Shown here piece after piece: positions 37,919 to 48,025 of a stretch of DNA of 53,177 nt. Source of the DNA: an archaeon (GTDB lineage Archaea; B1Sed10-29; WALL01; WAMD01); assembly GCA_024275655.1 (NCBI GenBank), contig JAJRYR010000040.1, forward strand, positions 1 to 53,177, read 5' to 3'. How positions within the stretch are numbered: position 1 is the stretch's first letter; the number at the start of each line of letters is the position of its first letter. The translations under genes were made by a program, and so were the position numbers. The notes under the pieces were generated by a model, which saw nothing but the letters and a program-made list of their open reading frames with translations, did no database searches and was not told where the DNA came from.

Positions 37919-38337
37919 GGGGGGATGCAAACATAGATTTTATAATGTCCTTAATGATATTCCTGGGATTTATAACATTCGTACTGGTATCCCTAAACCA
38001 AATCGTCATAACCCAAACCCCAAAACAAGAGTTACTTGAGTATCAAGAGTATCTCGTTTCAGGTATGCTGTTGAAAAAATTGTCATACGACGGAAGACTG
38101 AACATACTAGACCAATCAGTTTTAGATTCCGTCGTAAATTGTGACCAACTGGACCTGGGGGTCACCACACACATCTACTATGAGGTTTCCACTAGATCAA
38201 AAACGTGGAAGTGCACCCCATCAGAAAATCCATCCACTGCAATGCCCTACATACAACGGCCAGTGTACGTTAAACTGAAAAACGGTAGGGAAACACCGGG
38301 GATATTGAAGGTGTGGGCATGGGGCGAGGTTACATAA
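37915..38337 (+). CDS. Minor pilin-like protein
   Basis: MRG|DANIDFIMSLMIF, ends LKVWAW. Confidence 0.78.
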   Translation: MRGDANIDFIMSLMIFLGFITFVLVSLNQIVITQTPKQELLEYQEYLVSGMLLKKLSYDGRLNILDQSVLDSVVNCDQLDLGVTTHIYYEVSTRSKTWKCTPSENPSTAMPYIQRPVYVKLKNGRETPGILKVWAWGEVT

Positions 38338-38699
38338 GGATTGTTGAGGCAATACTGTTGTTGTTGGTGTTGTTTTCACTAATAGTATTCATCGCAGGTC
38401 TTGGGCCCACAACACCCCCAAATCCCAGCAATCCCCCCACACTGGTACGGTATGGGAAGGACTTGACGAACATGGTCTGCAACTCCGAGAGAGCCAGGAG
38501 ACTAATTTTAACAGGGAACCTAGTCCCCATATATCAAGACCTTGTATACGTTACGCCACCCGAATACAAGATACGGTTGATATCCGATGGAGCTGTGGTT
38601 GGAGAAACACCGAGTTCAGGAAACTTGGTGTCCTATGGGTGCGTGATCTCTGACATGTTCGGAAATCAGAAGAATGTGACTGTTCAGGTGTGGGTATGA
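38319..38699 (+). CDS. Minor pilin-like protein
   Basis: MGRG|YIRIVEAILLL, ends VTVQVW. Confidence 0.78.
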   Translation: MGRGYIRIVEAILLLLVLFSLIVFIAGLGPTTPPNPSNPPTLVRYGKDLTNMVCNSERARRLILTGNLVPIYQDLVYVTPPEYKIRLISDGAVVGETPSSGNLVSYGCVISDMFGNQKNVTVQVWV

Positions 38700-39919
38700 A
38701 AGGGCAGTACTTCCTACCAATGGTGCTACTGGCTTTATTTCTAGTCACCATGATATTCGTGTACTACTCATCAACAAACCAGGTGGCCATCTATCAAACA
38801 TACTCCTACAAGCCCACCCTAGGCGACAAGCTATCAAAAGTGGTGAGTGACATAAAGCAAGCATATGTGGAAAGCATATACCTGGGCAATCCATCTCATT
38901 TAGATGAAGTCATCACGCAATTAACATCTCAAGCTGCCCAAAGAGGCGAAACACTGCTGGTTTCATGTGCAAGGGGAGAAGCTGGGAACAACTTTTGGGT
39001 TGCGTGTTCTGTAAATTTGACCAGTGGGGAAGATCTCGCCAAGACAAAGTTCAACTACACATATGTTGTACCATTCAATATCAAGACATACCTCGACCCC
39101 TATTTCGCTCAAGAGACTAGTTACTTCTACAAAGGTGACAAGGTTTACCTTTGGATTTCCGGGAACAACTCAGACAAAGTGGCTGTTAAAGTTTACGATC
39201 CGTATGGTATAGTTTACACAAACTGGACTGGACAATTTGAAAACTGGCACTGGAACGCCAGCTTTACCCCAAGTATAAGCGGAAACTGGACGATATCCGC
39301 GGAGGATCTAAACACCAGTCAAGTAACTACTAAAAGAATATACGTAAACGTAATCCAGATTACGCTCAAAACCTTCAATTCAAATGGAACCGAACAGACG
39401 GATTTTTATCCGGGTGAAACTGTAAACGTGAGTGTGTGGTTGAAGGACCTGTACAATAACCAACCGAACTGCTCAGTGAAGGTGGACTTTACAAATGCTA
39501 TAGGAAAACAAGCATACAGTTTGGAAGGTCTAGCGGAAGACGGCTTCTTCACTGGACTAGTTAAACTAAGCCCCTGGGAAATTCCAGGGAACATGACCAT
39601 AACAGCAACAGAACACTGTTATTGGTCACAAGATCAAATAAACATAACCATATTGGGTACCTACTGGGATAGATTCGTAAAGATAGAACCACCAAGGATG
39701 TACTACAACAAACCACACACAGAAGTATTCGGTTCCACTTGTGGGTACAGCGATTGGTACAGTTCAAATGAAACCAGTTACAACATTGTTCCATTTTACA
39801 TTGAGAACACTTCCTCCAATACTAACCTCTTGATTAATCAAACAACCCTAGTGATAGATGTCCCGAATGTAAACGTGTCATGGATACATTTCCTAGGCAG
39901 CAAGAGGGTGATACTATGA
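38696..39919 (+). CDS. Pilin-like protein with Ig-like domains
   Basis: MKG|QYFL plus TM; FYKGDKVY and FYPGETVN Ig-like repeats. Confidence 0.8.
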   Translation: MKGQYFLPMVLLALFLVTMIFVYYSSTNQVAIYQTYSYKPTLGDKLSKVVSDIKQAYVESIYLGNPSHLDEVITQLTSQAAQRGETLLVSCARGEAGNNFWVACSVNLTSGEDLAKTKFNYTYVVPFNIKTYLDPYFAQETSYFYKGDKVYLWISGNNSDKVAVKVYDPYGIVYTNWTGQFENWHWNASFTPSISGNWTISAEDLNTSQVTTKRIYVNVIQITLKTFNSNGTEQTDFYPGETVNVSVWLKDLYNNQPNCSVKVDFTNAIGKQAYSLEGLAEDGFFTGLVKLSPWEIPGNMTITATEHCYWSQDQINITILGTYWDRFVKIEPPRMYYNKPHTEVFGSTCGYSDWYSSNETSYNIVPFYIENTSSNTNLLINQTTLVIDVPNVNVSWIHFLGSKRVIL

Positions 39920-40161
39920 AAAAAGTGATCTTGATAACCATCGTTGGAGGATTAATCGCATTGATGGTATCTTTACTGATAGTGGTATCCATGGAAAAAA
40001 CAGCGAGCCCAGTCCCGGTGATTTACAACCACACGTTGGAACCTGAAAAGGAATCTGTTCCCGAGCCCGCACTGACGTTCAACGAAACTGCGCCACCCTC
40101 AAGCAAATTGAATCCCGATGAAGATGCGCCTCCAATGATAGCGGAGGTGCCATCAAAATGA
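39916..40161 (+). CDS. Small membrane-anchored Pro-rich protein
   Basis: ATGA overlaps on both sides, GAGGGTGA SD; N-terminal TM then Pro/Glu linker. Confidence 0.7.
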   Translation: MKKVILITIVGGLIALMVSLLIVVSMEKTASPVPVIYNHTLEPEKESVPEPALTFNETAPPSSKLNPDEDAPPMIAEVPSK

Positions 40162-43100
40162 GATGGAGTTTGTTATTCACTGTAATGTTGATCTCGCTAT
40201 CTGTGGCAGTAACAATCACAAATTCTGGAAGTTACGACACGATCAACGCCAAGCACTACAAGATAGATGCCGTGGTGGATCCAACTCTCTCCAACTTTGG
40301 ACAGTTGACAAACTGTTATGCAAACGACTACAACCCGACACAGGTATTGAGGTCTTCTGCAGACGGTCACTGCTTGTTCATGAGGGTGTACAAGGCCTCT
40401 CTTCCAGGATCTGGATGGTATGCATTAGAAACCGCGCTTGGAGGAGGATCCAGGTACATAGAAGAGGACGGTCCTTTCCGAGTAAAGCTGGTTTTCACGT
40501 ATGCGGACGGTGCCGTGAACATAACCTATTATTTTTACGATGATTTCTTCGTCCAAAGGTTCACATCCCAGGGATATTCCGGTAGCTACAATGATGGATT
40601 TGCAAATGCTTTTGCAGTGAATGATCTAACTAACACCGTTGGGCCAGACTCCTGGGGATTGAACTACGTGGAAGGTTCTTCAACCACATCTCCAATAGAT
40701 ACCAGCACCAACTCCGCAACCACGAGTTATGACACTTTTGCCTTGGGTGGCCAAACTGCATGGACCAGCTGGTATTCGAGTAGTCCATCTGGCCTACTAC
40801 TGGGGGCAGTATATCCGCCAATACCTGCTAGTGCTACAGACTATGCTAGCTACGCTTATGATAGAGAGGACACCACCACAACCTATGACCAGTTCAGTGC
40901 AGGGCACACCAACACAAATGGGTATGTATCCGTTGACTTCGTGTCTGGCATATTCCAGTACGGGGTGGGGAACTCTGCAGATTTGACCAGAGGGTTATTT
41001 TTGCATTACACGAATCCTGCCATTTTGACCTGTGTAGAGGATTGCGACTCTGCAGATTTTGATAGCATGGAATTCATATACTCCGTAATGCCCGCCCCTG
41101 GAACAAGGGTTAATGTAACAAAGTTCAGCGTTACTGGAAATGCAAACTGGATAAACAATCAAACTGTCTATGTGAAAGTTTGGAATGCTGTGGGATCCGA
41201 GGTTTACAAGTCCACCGATGGTGTAAACTGGACATTATATCTAAACTCCTCACAGGTGCAACAAGAGGACAATTACATAATATTCGGCGATGAAATTGCA
41301 CCGGGACAAACTGTTTATTACTTAATACGAAAATCTAGGGGAACAGGTGTAACTGTTCCCAAAGAGGTTATTCCCTCGATGGATCCTCGCCCCTTTTTGG
41401 ACTCTGGCGATACCGCGTATCCAAAAGCCATTGTAATAGCAAGTGATGGATCAATCGTGGACGATGCGACTGTTAAAGCACTAATAACCGGTCCAACTTC
41501 GGCAAGTTTGGAGTTGATGTTCAATAACGACACTCTCGCATACAATGGAACGCTGGGAACCACAGGATATCCCGCAGGAGTGTACACTGAGACAGTTTAC
41601 GCAAACAAGACAATTCCCAGAGACACGAATATCACGGAGTGTAGCTCCTACTGGGGGTTTGACTGTGGGTATGGTCCTCCGGAAACAGGGGATAACACCT
41701 TTGACACGTGCCCCACAGGAACTGGAAACGACGAATCTGTTGAGGGTATTTGGATAAACGCAACTAGAGTTTATCCTGGGGATACAGTGGAGGTCACATG
41801 CGAATTTGACACATACGATACTCTTTATGATCAAGAGTACATATGGTACTACAACGGAACTGGATGGAGAAAACTCTGGGAAGGAGATGTTGGGGCAAAC
41901 GTAGTTGCAAACAAAACAGTAACATTCACGGTGGACAATGTAACAGGAACTCACTGGGTAAGGTGTTCCATAAGCTATTCCCCGCTAGACCAACCGTGTC
42001 AGGACTCTGGATCATGGTACGATAACGATGACCTGGCTTTTGAGGTAGTGCAGCCAAACGTGAACATTTCCAATCACACCCACTTCCACATATATCCAGG
42101 CGAGGGTGTTTCTGTGTACTCCATCCCATTTGGAGACAGTGAAAACAAAACATTCCTAGAAAACACACATATTGTGGCGGCACTGGACAGTAGAAAACTA
42201 GTGTACTACGTGTTCCAAAAGGACACAGGGGTGGAGTACACCTTCAAGAATCCAGAATACCTGCACTCCCTTGGGGGGCTGGGAATCTCAAGTGAAGGGG
42301 GTTTGGAAGGCGGATCCACCTTCTCATGGGATGCCGGTGAAAACTTAACTAGTGGAACAGTGATTGCAAATACAAGTGTTGTAGAACCACTGGGCAAAAA
42401 AGTTTGTTTTGTGTGCTACACTGCTGGATCACCAAGCGCCACATATGAATTGCCATACATACAAGCACTGGAGGCTCTGGGCTACACTGTGGAATACAAC
42501 ACTCCCACATGTAACTATGATTATACTGATATACAATATGGAACTGCAGACTTTAGTGGTTATGATTTTTGGGCCCACAGCTGGATCTATGTAAACAGTC
42601 CTGGAACTCTGGCAAATGCAAAAACCAAGTACGTAGATGAGCTGGGCCAGAACGAGTTGATACTCGGACCGGACGCCACGTATTTAGCAGATTTTGGATA
42701 CGCAAACGTAAACGAGAGAAGATACTATCCTTCAGCGATTGCACAAATAAAAACAAACGACGGGTTCTTACCAGAAGAGGATTATGATATCGGAGAAACT
42801 GTCAAGCTAACGAACGATCCATCAAGCAGGTACCAGTATGTAACTAGAGAAGGCAATCTGATCCCAGAGGTAACTCCAGTATTAACAGCTGGTGGTTCAA
42901 CGGACTTCGCAACCTCTGGTTACTACATAAACCAAACTAGTGGGGGGAAGATGATCTACTTTGGAATTGCAGAAGATGCTGTGCAGCAGTTAACAAACTA
43001 CTCCGACAATGAGGATAACGGGCTGGAAGTTCTAGATCACTTCGCAAAATGGGTGGGGGGATCTAGGGTTTACATTCTAGCCAACATAACTTTGAGAGAT

Positions 43101-44480
43101 GAAGACGATGATTACTTGCTGTTCTCACTAACAAACTTTTCATCAAACATTCAGAATATAAGTGACCTGTTGGTTGCGTATTCTGGGAGAGTTGGTTCTA
43201 GCTTGTCAGATGATAGAGTCCATTTGGAAAATGGCAGCGACTGGGCAGTAACTGATCTACCAACGAGACAATGGATCTCCGCAGATGGAAACTATTCCAA
43301 CTTCTACGACAACAGCACCATCGATCCAGAGGATAATGTAACAATATCCTTGGTACGTTGGATATCTGATCCAAGTCCTTACTTCTTCATTAGGAGAAAT
43401 TCTGATTCAGAAATGGGCATGCTAAACTACTCAACATCCGGGCTGTCAAGTAGTTCAAAGTTAGCATACCTCTTCGTGTTTACATTAGGAGATTTCATGT
43501 CTATCGATCAATGGATACTGACTGTAGAACACAACGAACTGCCAATCCCCAACTTCATGACCAGGCCAGCAATCTCCTGGAACCAGTCCAAGCTAGATCT
43601 AGGACCAGTAACCGCAGGGTCCTCTGAATCAAAGAATGTTACCCTTCAATTAACTGGTTGGCACGATAATATCAACATAACAGTAATATCTGGCAATGCG
43701 ACTGATTCGCTAGGCGATTACTTCATAAGTGTTAATCCAACACTTGTTAGTTTGGCAAATGGTGAAATCCAAGTATCAGTAACGTGTAGTCCACCAGCCA
43801 CGCAAGCTACCGGATACTACGAGGTAATTGTTAACGCCAGGTCAAAGAGAAATCCAATAGGAGCCAACCTAACAGTTGGTTGCCAAGTCGGGATTGTAAA
43901 TGCATCCCTAGAGTGGAATCAAACACAGTTGAATCTAGGAAGTGTGTACCAGGGAAGGGAGTCCACTGGCCTAGTTAAAGCTGTTCCATATGAAACCAAT
44001 ACAAATGTAATTTTGGAGCAACTGGGAGGGAACGCGACCTTCATACTCCCAAATGTTACTTACATAAATTCATTATCCAGTTCTCAAGATGTGGAGTTCA
44101 CATGCAAACCATATCCATGGACAGAACCTGGGAACTACTCTGCAATCTGGAACATAAGATCTGATCAACAACCTAGCGGGGACAACTTGACGGTCTTCTG
44201 TGAAGTGAAAAGGGCAAGACAAATTGTTGTGGTTTACACAGATGGAACCTGGGATATATCCCCATTCAATCTAGACGACTGGTTGCTGGGCACTGGAGAT
44301 GTACAATCTGCATTTCCATACTCCTGTGATACCTCAAGTGGAACTGCCTACATCTATTACTACAATATCACAGTAAACCCTAACAAGATAGTGGACAAGA
44401 TAGTATTTAGCGATAATTCTACCAGCGAGCTCCAGCAGATAACCGCGATAACAATGGAGAGAACACCAGGCACATACTAG
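40158..44480 (+). CDS. Large secreted multidomain surface glycoprotein/adhesin (1440 aa)
   Basis: Signal peptide; T/S/N/Y-rich beta domains, many N-x-S/T; two WNQ..L.LG...NLTV.C repeats; no C-terminal TM. Confidence 0.85.
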   Translation: MRWSLLFTVMLISLSVAVTITNSGSYDTINAKHYKIDAVVDPTLSNFGQLTNCYANDYNPTQVLRSSADGHCLFMRVYKASLPGSGWYALETALGGGSRYIEEDGPFRVKLVFTYADGAVNITYYFYDDFFVQRFTSQGYSGSYNDGFANAFAVNDLTNTVGPDSWGLNYVEGSSTTSPIDTSTNSATTSYDTFALGGQTAWTSWYSSSPSGLLLGAVYPPIPASATDYASYAYDREDTTTTYDQFSAGHTNTNGYVSVDFVSGIFQYGVGNSADLTRGLFLHYTNPAILTCVEDCDSADFDSMEFIYSVMPAPGTRVNVTKFSVTGNANWINNQTVYVKVWNAVGSEVYKSTDGVNWTLYLNSSQVQQEDNYIIFGDEIAPGQTVYYLIRKSRGTGVTVPKEVIPSMDPRPFLDSGDTAYPKAIVIASDGSIVDDATVKALITGPTSASLELMFNNDTLAYNGTLGTTGYPAGVYTETVYANKTIPRDTNITECSSYWGFDCGYGPPETGDNTFDTCPTGTGNDESVEGIWINATRVYPGDTVEVTCEFDTYDTLYDQEYIWYYNGTGWRKLWEGDVGANVVANKTVTFTVDNVTGTHWVRCSISYSPLDQPCQDSGSWYDNDDLAFEVVQPNVNISNHTHFHIYPGEGVSVYSIPFGDSENKTFLENTHIVAALDSRKLVYYVFQKDTGVEYTFKNPEYLHSLGGLGISSEGGLEGGSTFSWDAGENLTSGTVIANTSVVEPLGKKVCFVCYTAGSPSATYELPYIQALEALGYTVEYNTPTCNYDYTDIQYGTADFSGYDFWAHSWIYVNSPGTLANAKTKYVDELGQNELILGPDATYLADFGYANVNERRYYPSAIAQIKTNDGFLPEEDYDIGETVKLTNDPSSRYQYVTREGNLIPEVTPVLTAGGSTDFATSGYYINQTSGGKMIYFGIAEDAVQQLTNYSDNEDNGLEVLDHFAKWVGGSRVYILANITLRDEDDDYLLFSLTNFSSNIQNISDLLVAYSGRVGSSLSDDRVHLENGSDWAVTDLPTRQWISADGNYSNFYDNSTIDPEDNVTISLVRWISDPSPYFFIRRNSDSEMGMLNYSTSGLSSSSKLAYLFVFTLGDFMSIDQWILTVEHNELPIPNFMTRPAISWNQSKLDLGPVTAGSSESKNVTLQLTGWHDNINITVISGNATDSLGDYFISVNPTLVSLANGEIQVSVTCSPPATQATGYYEVIVNARSKRNPIGANLTVGCQVGIVNASLEWNQTQLNLGSVYQGRESTGLVKAVPYETNTNVILEQLGGNATFILPNVTYINSLSSSQDVEFTCKPYPWTEPGNYSAIWNIRSDQQPSGDNLTVFCEVKRARQIVVVYTDGTWDISPFNLDDWLLGTGDVQSAFPYSCDTSSGTAYIYYYNITVNPNKIVDKIVFSDNSTSELQQITAITMERTPGTY

Positions 44481-44488
44481 GTGGGTAA

Positions 44489-44806
44489 ATGAGAGTTATA
44501 CTAGCTAAAACCATTTGGGACAGAGTTCTGGGACTGATGTTCAAGAAAGATTTCAGGGATGTTCTAGTAATCGTAATGCCCTACGAATCTAGATTGAACG
44601 GGATACACACGTGTTTCATGAGATTCCCGATAGATGTTTACTTTTTGGACTCAAATGGGGGACTAGTGGGGAAGAGGTTGGAGGTTCCTCCCTGGAAGCT
44701 TGGGGTTTATCCAGATAAGCCAGCAAGGTACATAGTTGAAGTGAAAGCAGGGAGAAAAATTAACTTGGATGAAATTAGGAGAATATTGGGGCTGAGAAAA
44801 GTTTAA
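44489..44806 (+). CDS. DUF192 family protein
   Basis: R..GLMF, IHTCFMRFPIDV.FLD, PW, ARYIVE. Confidence 0.9.
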   Translation: MRVILAKTIWDRVLGLMFKKDFRDVLVIVMPYESRLNGIHTCFMRFPIDVYFLDSNGGLVGKRLEVPPWKLGVYPDKPARYIVEVKAGRKINLDEIRRILGLRKV

Positions 44807-44843
44807 ATTGGATTTTTGCTAAAATAATAGTGGGGGAGAGGGA

Positions 44844-46499
44844 ATGTATTTGCTCAGAACTGAAAAATGTACTAGTTGTAACGCATGTTTAGAAAGTTGC
44901 CCTATTTCTAAGAACCCTAAGATCCAAGATTGCAAGCACTGTCCAGATGCACCCTGCAAAGAGGCGTGCAGATATAATGCTTTCTACGAAGTTTCTCCTG
45001 GAGTTTACGGGATAGATCCCGAGATATGTGTAGGGTGTGGGGAGTGTGCAAAAGCCTGCCCATATGGTGCCATAGTTATTGAGGATAACCTAGCAAAGAA
45101 ATGTACTCTTTGCGGGGAGTGTGTAGTGGCTTGCCCGTTAAATGCTCTAAAGATTGTTGAAACAGAAGAGGAAAAGAGGGAAAAAGAAGACCTACTCGGC
45201 TGGAAAAAACTGAACGAAGGTGTGCCACTGAATGTGTACACGCCCAGCATTCAAGAAGCCAGGCTATTATCCTCCTTTCTAAAACTCCACAGGGAAATGT
45301 TAAGGGAGGACACATATGGATTAGAGAACTTATTCAAGCAATTCCTAGATGCACTGGGGGTAAAACTAGACAAAGATCAGTACAAAGGGTTGCTAAAGTT
45401 GGCTGAGTACGAAACCTCTGGTTTTTCGGTCATAACTCCGCTACTAGAAAACGATGAGTTGGAAGAGATCGCAATAATCGAGAACGATCCCATAAGAGCA
45501 TTTCACAGAAAAAGAGGGTGGATCGACTACAATATGGCCCTGGTAAACAGGGAGAGAATTATAGAACTGGCAAATAAGATGGCCTCCAATCTAGATAGGA
45601 GACTAACACTTCAAGAACCAAGGATGAATGCAAACTTGCCGGACGGATCAAGGCTTCACGCTGTCATACCTCCGGCATCGCACAAGGCCAGTCTTACAAT
45701 CAGGAAATTCAGAAAGAAACCCTTTTCCCCTAGAGAGCTCATAGAAAACAACACATTGTCCAGCGAAGCTCTTGCTTTCCTCTGGATTGGAATGCAACTG
45801 GACTTAAACCTAGTGATCTCTGGATCAACAGGATCTGGAAAAACCACAACACTAAACACCATTCTATGTTTTCTACCAGAGAATCAAAGGCTAATTATCA
45901 TAGAGGAAACTCCGGAGATTGCAGTGTACCACCCTCATCACGTGCGTTTGATAGTAAACAAAGAAAAAGGGTTAACCATGGACAAACTAGTTGAGGACAC
46001 TCTAAGAATGAGGCCAGACAAGGTCATAGTGGGAGAAGTGAGAGAGAAAAATGAGGTAAAGGCATGGGTGAACACAATGCTCGCAGGCCAAGGAAAGGGA
46101 AGCCTAGCCACCTTCCATGCGCTCAGCAGTAGGGAAACTATAAACAGATTACTTAGCCTAGGCATATCAGAAACCGACCTGTCTGCACTGGACTTGATAG
46201 TGGTGCAGAGAAGGTGGACGGACTACGAAACTGGAAAAGAAATCAGAAGAGTATTTGAGATAACTGAAGTGAACTGGACCAAGAAAATAAACCTGAACCC
46301 AATATTCTTGTATGACCCTGATAAAGATGCTTTGGTAAGGACCAGGAATAAAAGCAAAGTCATGGAGAGGGCAAAAAGATTCCTGAAGATAGATCCCAGA
46401 AGAGAGCTAAAAAGGAGAAGCAGATTTCTAGAAAAAACCAACCCCGACCTAATGGATGCTTTCCATCAAATAAGTAGGTGGGGAAAGAGATGTACCTAA
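44844..46499 (+). CDS. Ferredoxin-fused CpaF/VirB11-type pilus ATPase
   Basis: Four Cys motifs in aa 1-100, then LPDGSRLH, TIRKF, GSTGSGKTT, IEETPE, LRMRPDKVIVGEVR. Confidence 0.92.
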   Translation: MYLLRTEKCTSCNACLESCPISKNPKIQDCKHCPDAPCKEACRYNAFYEVSPGVYGIDPEICVGCGECAKACPYGAIVIEDNLAKKCTLCGECVVACPLNALKIVETEEEKREKEDLLGWKKLNEGVPLNVYTPSIQEARLLSSFLKLHREMLREDTYGLENLFKQFLDALGVKLDKDQYKGLLKLAEYETSGFSVITPLLENDELEEIAIIENDPIRAFHRKRGWIDYNMALVNRERIIELANKMASNLDRRLTLQEPRMNANLPDGSRLHAVIPPASHKASLTIRKFRKKPFSPRELIENNTLSSEALAFLWIGMQLDLNLVISGSTGSGKTTTLNTILCFLPENQRLIIIEETPEIAVYHPHHVRLIVNKEKGLTMDKLVEDTLRMRPDKVIVGEVREKNEVKAWVNTMLAGQGKGSLATFHALSSRETINRLLSLGISETDLSALDLIVVQRRWTDYETGKEIRRVFEITEVNWTKKINLNPIFLYDPDKDALVRTRNKSKVMERAKRFLKIDPRRELKRRSRFLEKTNPDLMDAFHQISRWGKRCT

Positions 46500-47179
46500 T
46501 AATTCCTGCTATCCTGCTATTGGGGGGATTGGGGATATCCATAACCTTCCACAGTAATCTTCTAGTTTCCATCTCCCCAGGAATTTTAGCGTTAATGGCA
46601 GGAATGTTCTGGAAAAAGCTATCAACGGAGAGAGAAATCGGAAGGATAGAGGCAGAAATCCCAAACGCTGCCATGAAGATGGCCATGTCCCTAGATTCCG
46701 GAATGAGTTTCCTTCAATCCATGCGGGAAATAGCCCTGGGGAATGATAAATTAGCAGAAGAGATGCGGCACGTCATGAGAGAGATAGATGGTGGATCCAG
46801 CGTGCCTTTAGCATTAGAAAACTCTGCTAGAAAGGTGAAATCCAGAGAATACTCCAAATTCATAAACAGATTGATACTTTTGTACAAATTTGGAGGTAAC
46901 GGGGACTCCTTAAGAAAATTGTCCAAAGACATTGTAGAGCAGAGAAAGATAGAGCTGAAACGGTATAGTGGAAAGGCGATTATGTATTCCCTAATTCTCG
47001 TTTCCCTCTCAAGTATTCTCCCCGCCATGTTCCTTGCTTACCTAGTTGTGGGCTCAATGTTTATGAGCATAGATGTGACACCAATAGACGCTCTGCTAAT
47101 TCCCAGTCTTTTATTCCCCAGCTTGAACCTAGCTCTGATATTGCTTATACAATCGAAAAAACCTAGATTCGTGTGGTAA
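46490..47179 (+). CDS. TadB-like T2SSF membrane protein
   Basis: EAEIP.A...MA..LDSG.SF, GSSVP.AL, C-terminal TMs; GTG 46478 is an alternative start. Confidence 0.85.
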   Translation: MYLIIPAILLLGGLGISITFHSNLLVSISPGILALMAGMFWKKLSTEREIGRIEAEIPNAAMKMAMSLDSGMSFLQSMREIALGNDKLAEEMRHVMREIDGGSSVPLALENSARKVKSREYSKFINRLILLYKFGGNGDSLRKLSKDIVEQRKIELKRYSGKAIMYSLILVSLSSILPAMFLAYLVVGSMFMSIDVTPIDALLIPSLLFPSLNLALILLIQSKKPRFVW

Positions 47180-47976
47180 AAATGTTTAACTGGAAAAAAG
47201 ATCTGGCGTACCTCGGGCTGGAAGATAAAAAGAATACAATACTGGCAGGAGCTATTCTAATCTCACTGCTACTTCTGCTCGTGAACCCCATTCTGTGTTT
47301 AATCCCTCCCATAATAGCAATTGGCTTACCAATGTATCTAGCAGAGGTTAAGAGAGCGAAAATCAGGAAGAGCATTCCAGACCTTGCAATGGATATATCC
47401 AGCCTTTGGGGGGTTCTACCCCTAAGAGACATACTAAAAATGTCTGAAAATCAAGCATTGAGAGAAGCCGGTCTGATGATAGAGAGAGGCGCATCTGTAA
47501 AGGAGGCCTTAAAATCGGCAGTTAAAAAGGAACCAGAAATAAAACCTATCGCAGACATACTCCTCACTTGCTACAAAACTGGAATTGATGCCTCAAAGCT
47601 CCTAAGTTCCCTGGCTGAGGAAATAGCAAGTAAAACTTCAATAGACGAGGAAATGAAGGCTAGTCTAACCATAGAAAAGATGACATTGGTAGGTGCTTCA
47701 GGTGTAATTGTGCCATTCGTGTTGGGTGCCATGTCCTCCCTAACCAATTCATTTTACTTTCCGAACATAGCAGAAATGGGGATAACCACGGTGTCTCAAG
47801 AGACAAAGCAAATGGCAATATTGGGGAGCCAGATATACGTTATTCTATATGCTCTGATCGTTTCATTTTACCTAGCTCTATCCAGTGGTAAATTAAAGAA
47901 AGCCGTGTTGTATTCTGGGGTCTTAGTCCCTCTAGCATTTCTCATTTTTAGTCTGGCCTCTACAATAAAATTCTAG
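47173..47976 (+). CDS. TadC-like T2SSF membrane protein
   Basis: IPDL, RGASVKEAL, KTGID...L..LAEE, C-terminal TMs. Confidence 0.82.
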   Translation: MVKMFNWKKDLAYLGLEDKKNTILAGAILISLLLLLVNPILCLIPPIIAIGLPMYLAEVKRAKIRKSIPDLAMDISSLWGVLPLRDILKMSENQALREAGLMIERGASVKEALKSAVKKEPEIKPIADILLTCYKTGIDASKLLSSLAEEIASKTSIDEEMKASLTIEKMTLVGASGVIVPFVLGAMSSLTNSFYFPNIAEMGITTVSQETKQMAILGSQIYVILYALIVSFYLALSSGKLKKAVLYSGVLVPLAFLIFSLASTIKF

Positions 47977-48025
47977 AGCGAAACGGTTTTAAAATAAAAT
48001 GGTTTAACTACTTCTAGTGAGTGCC

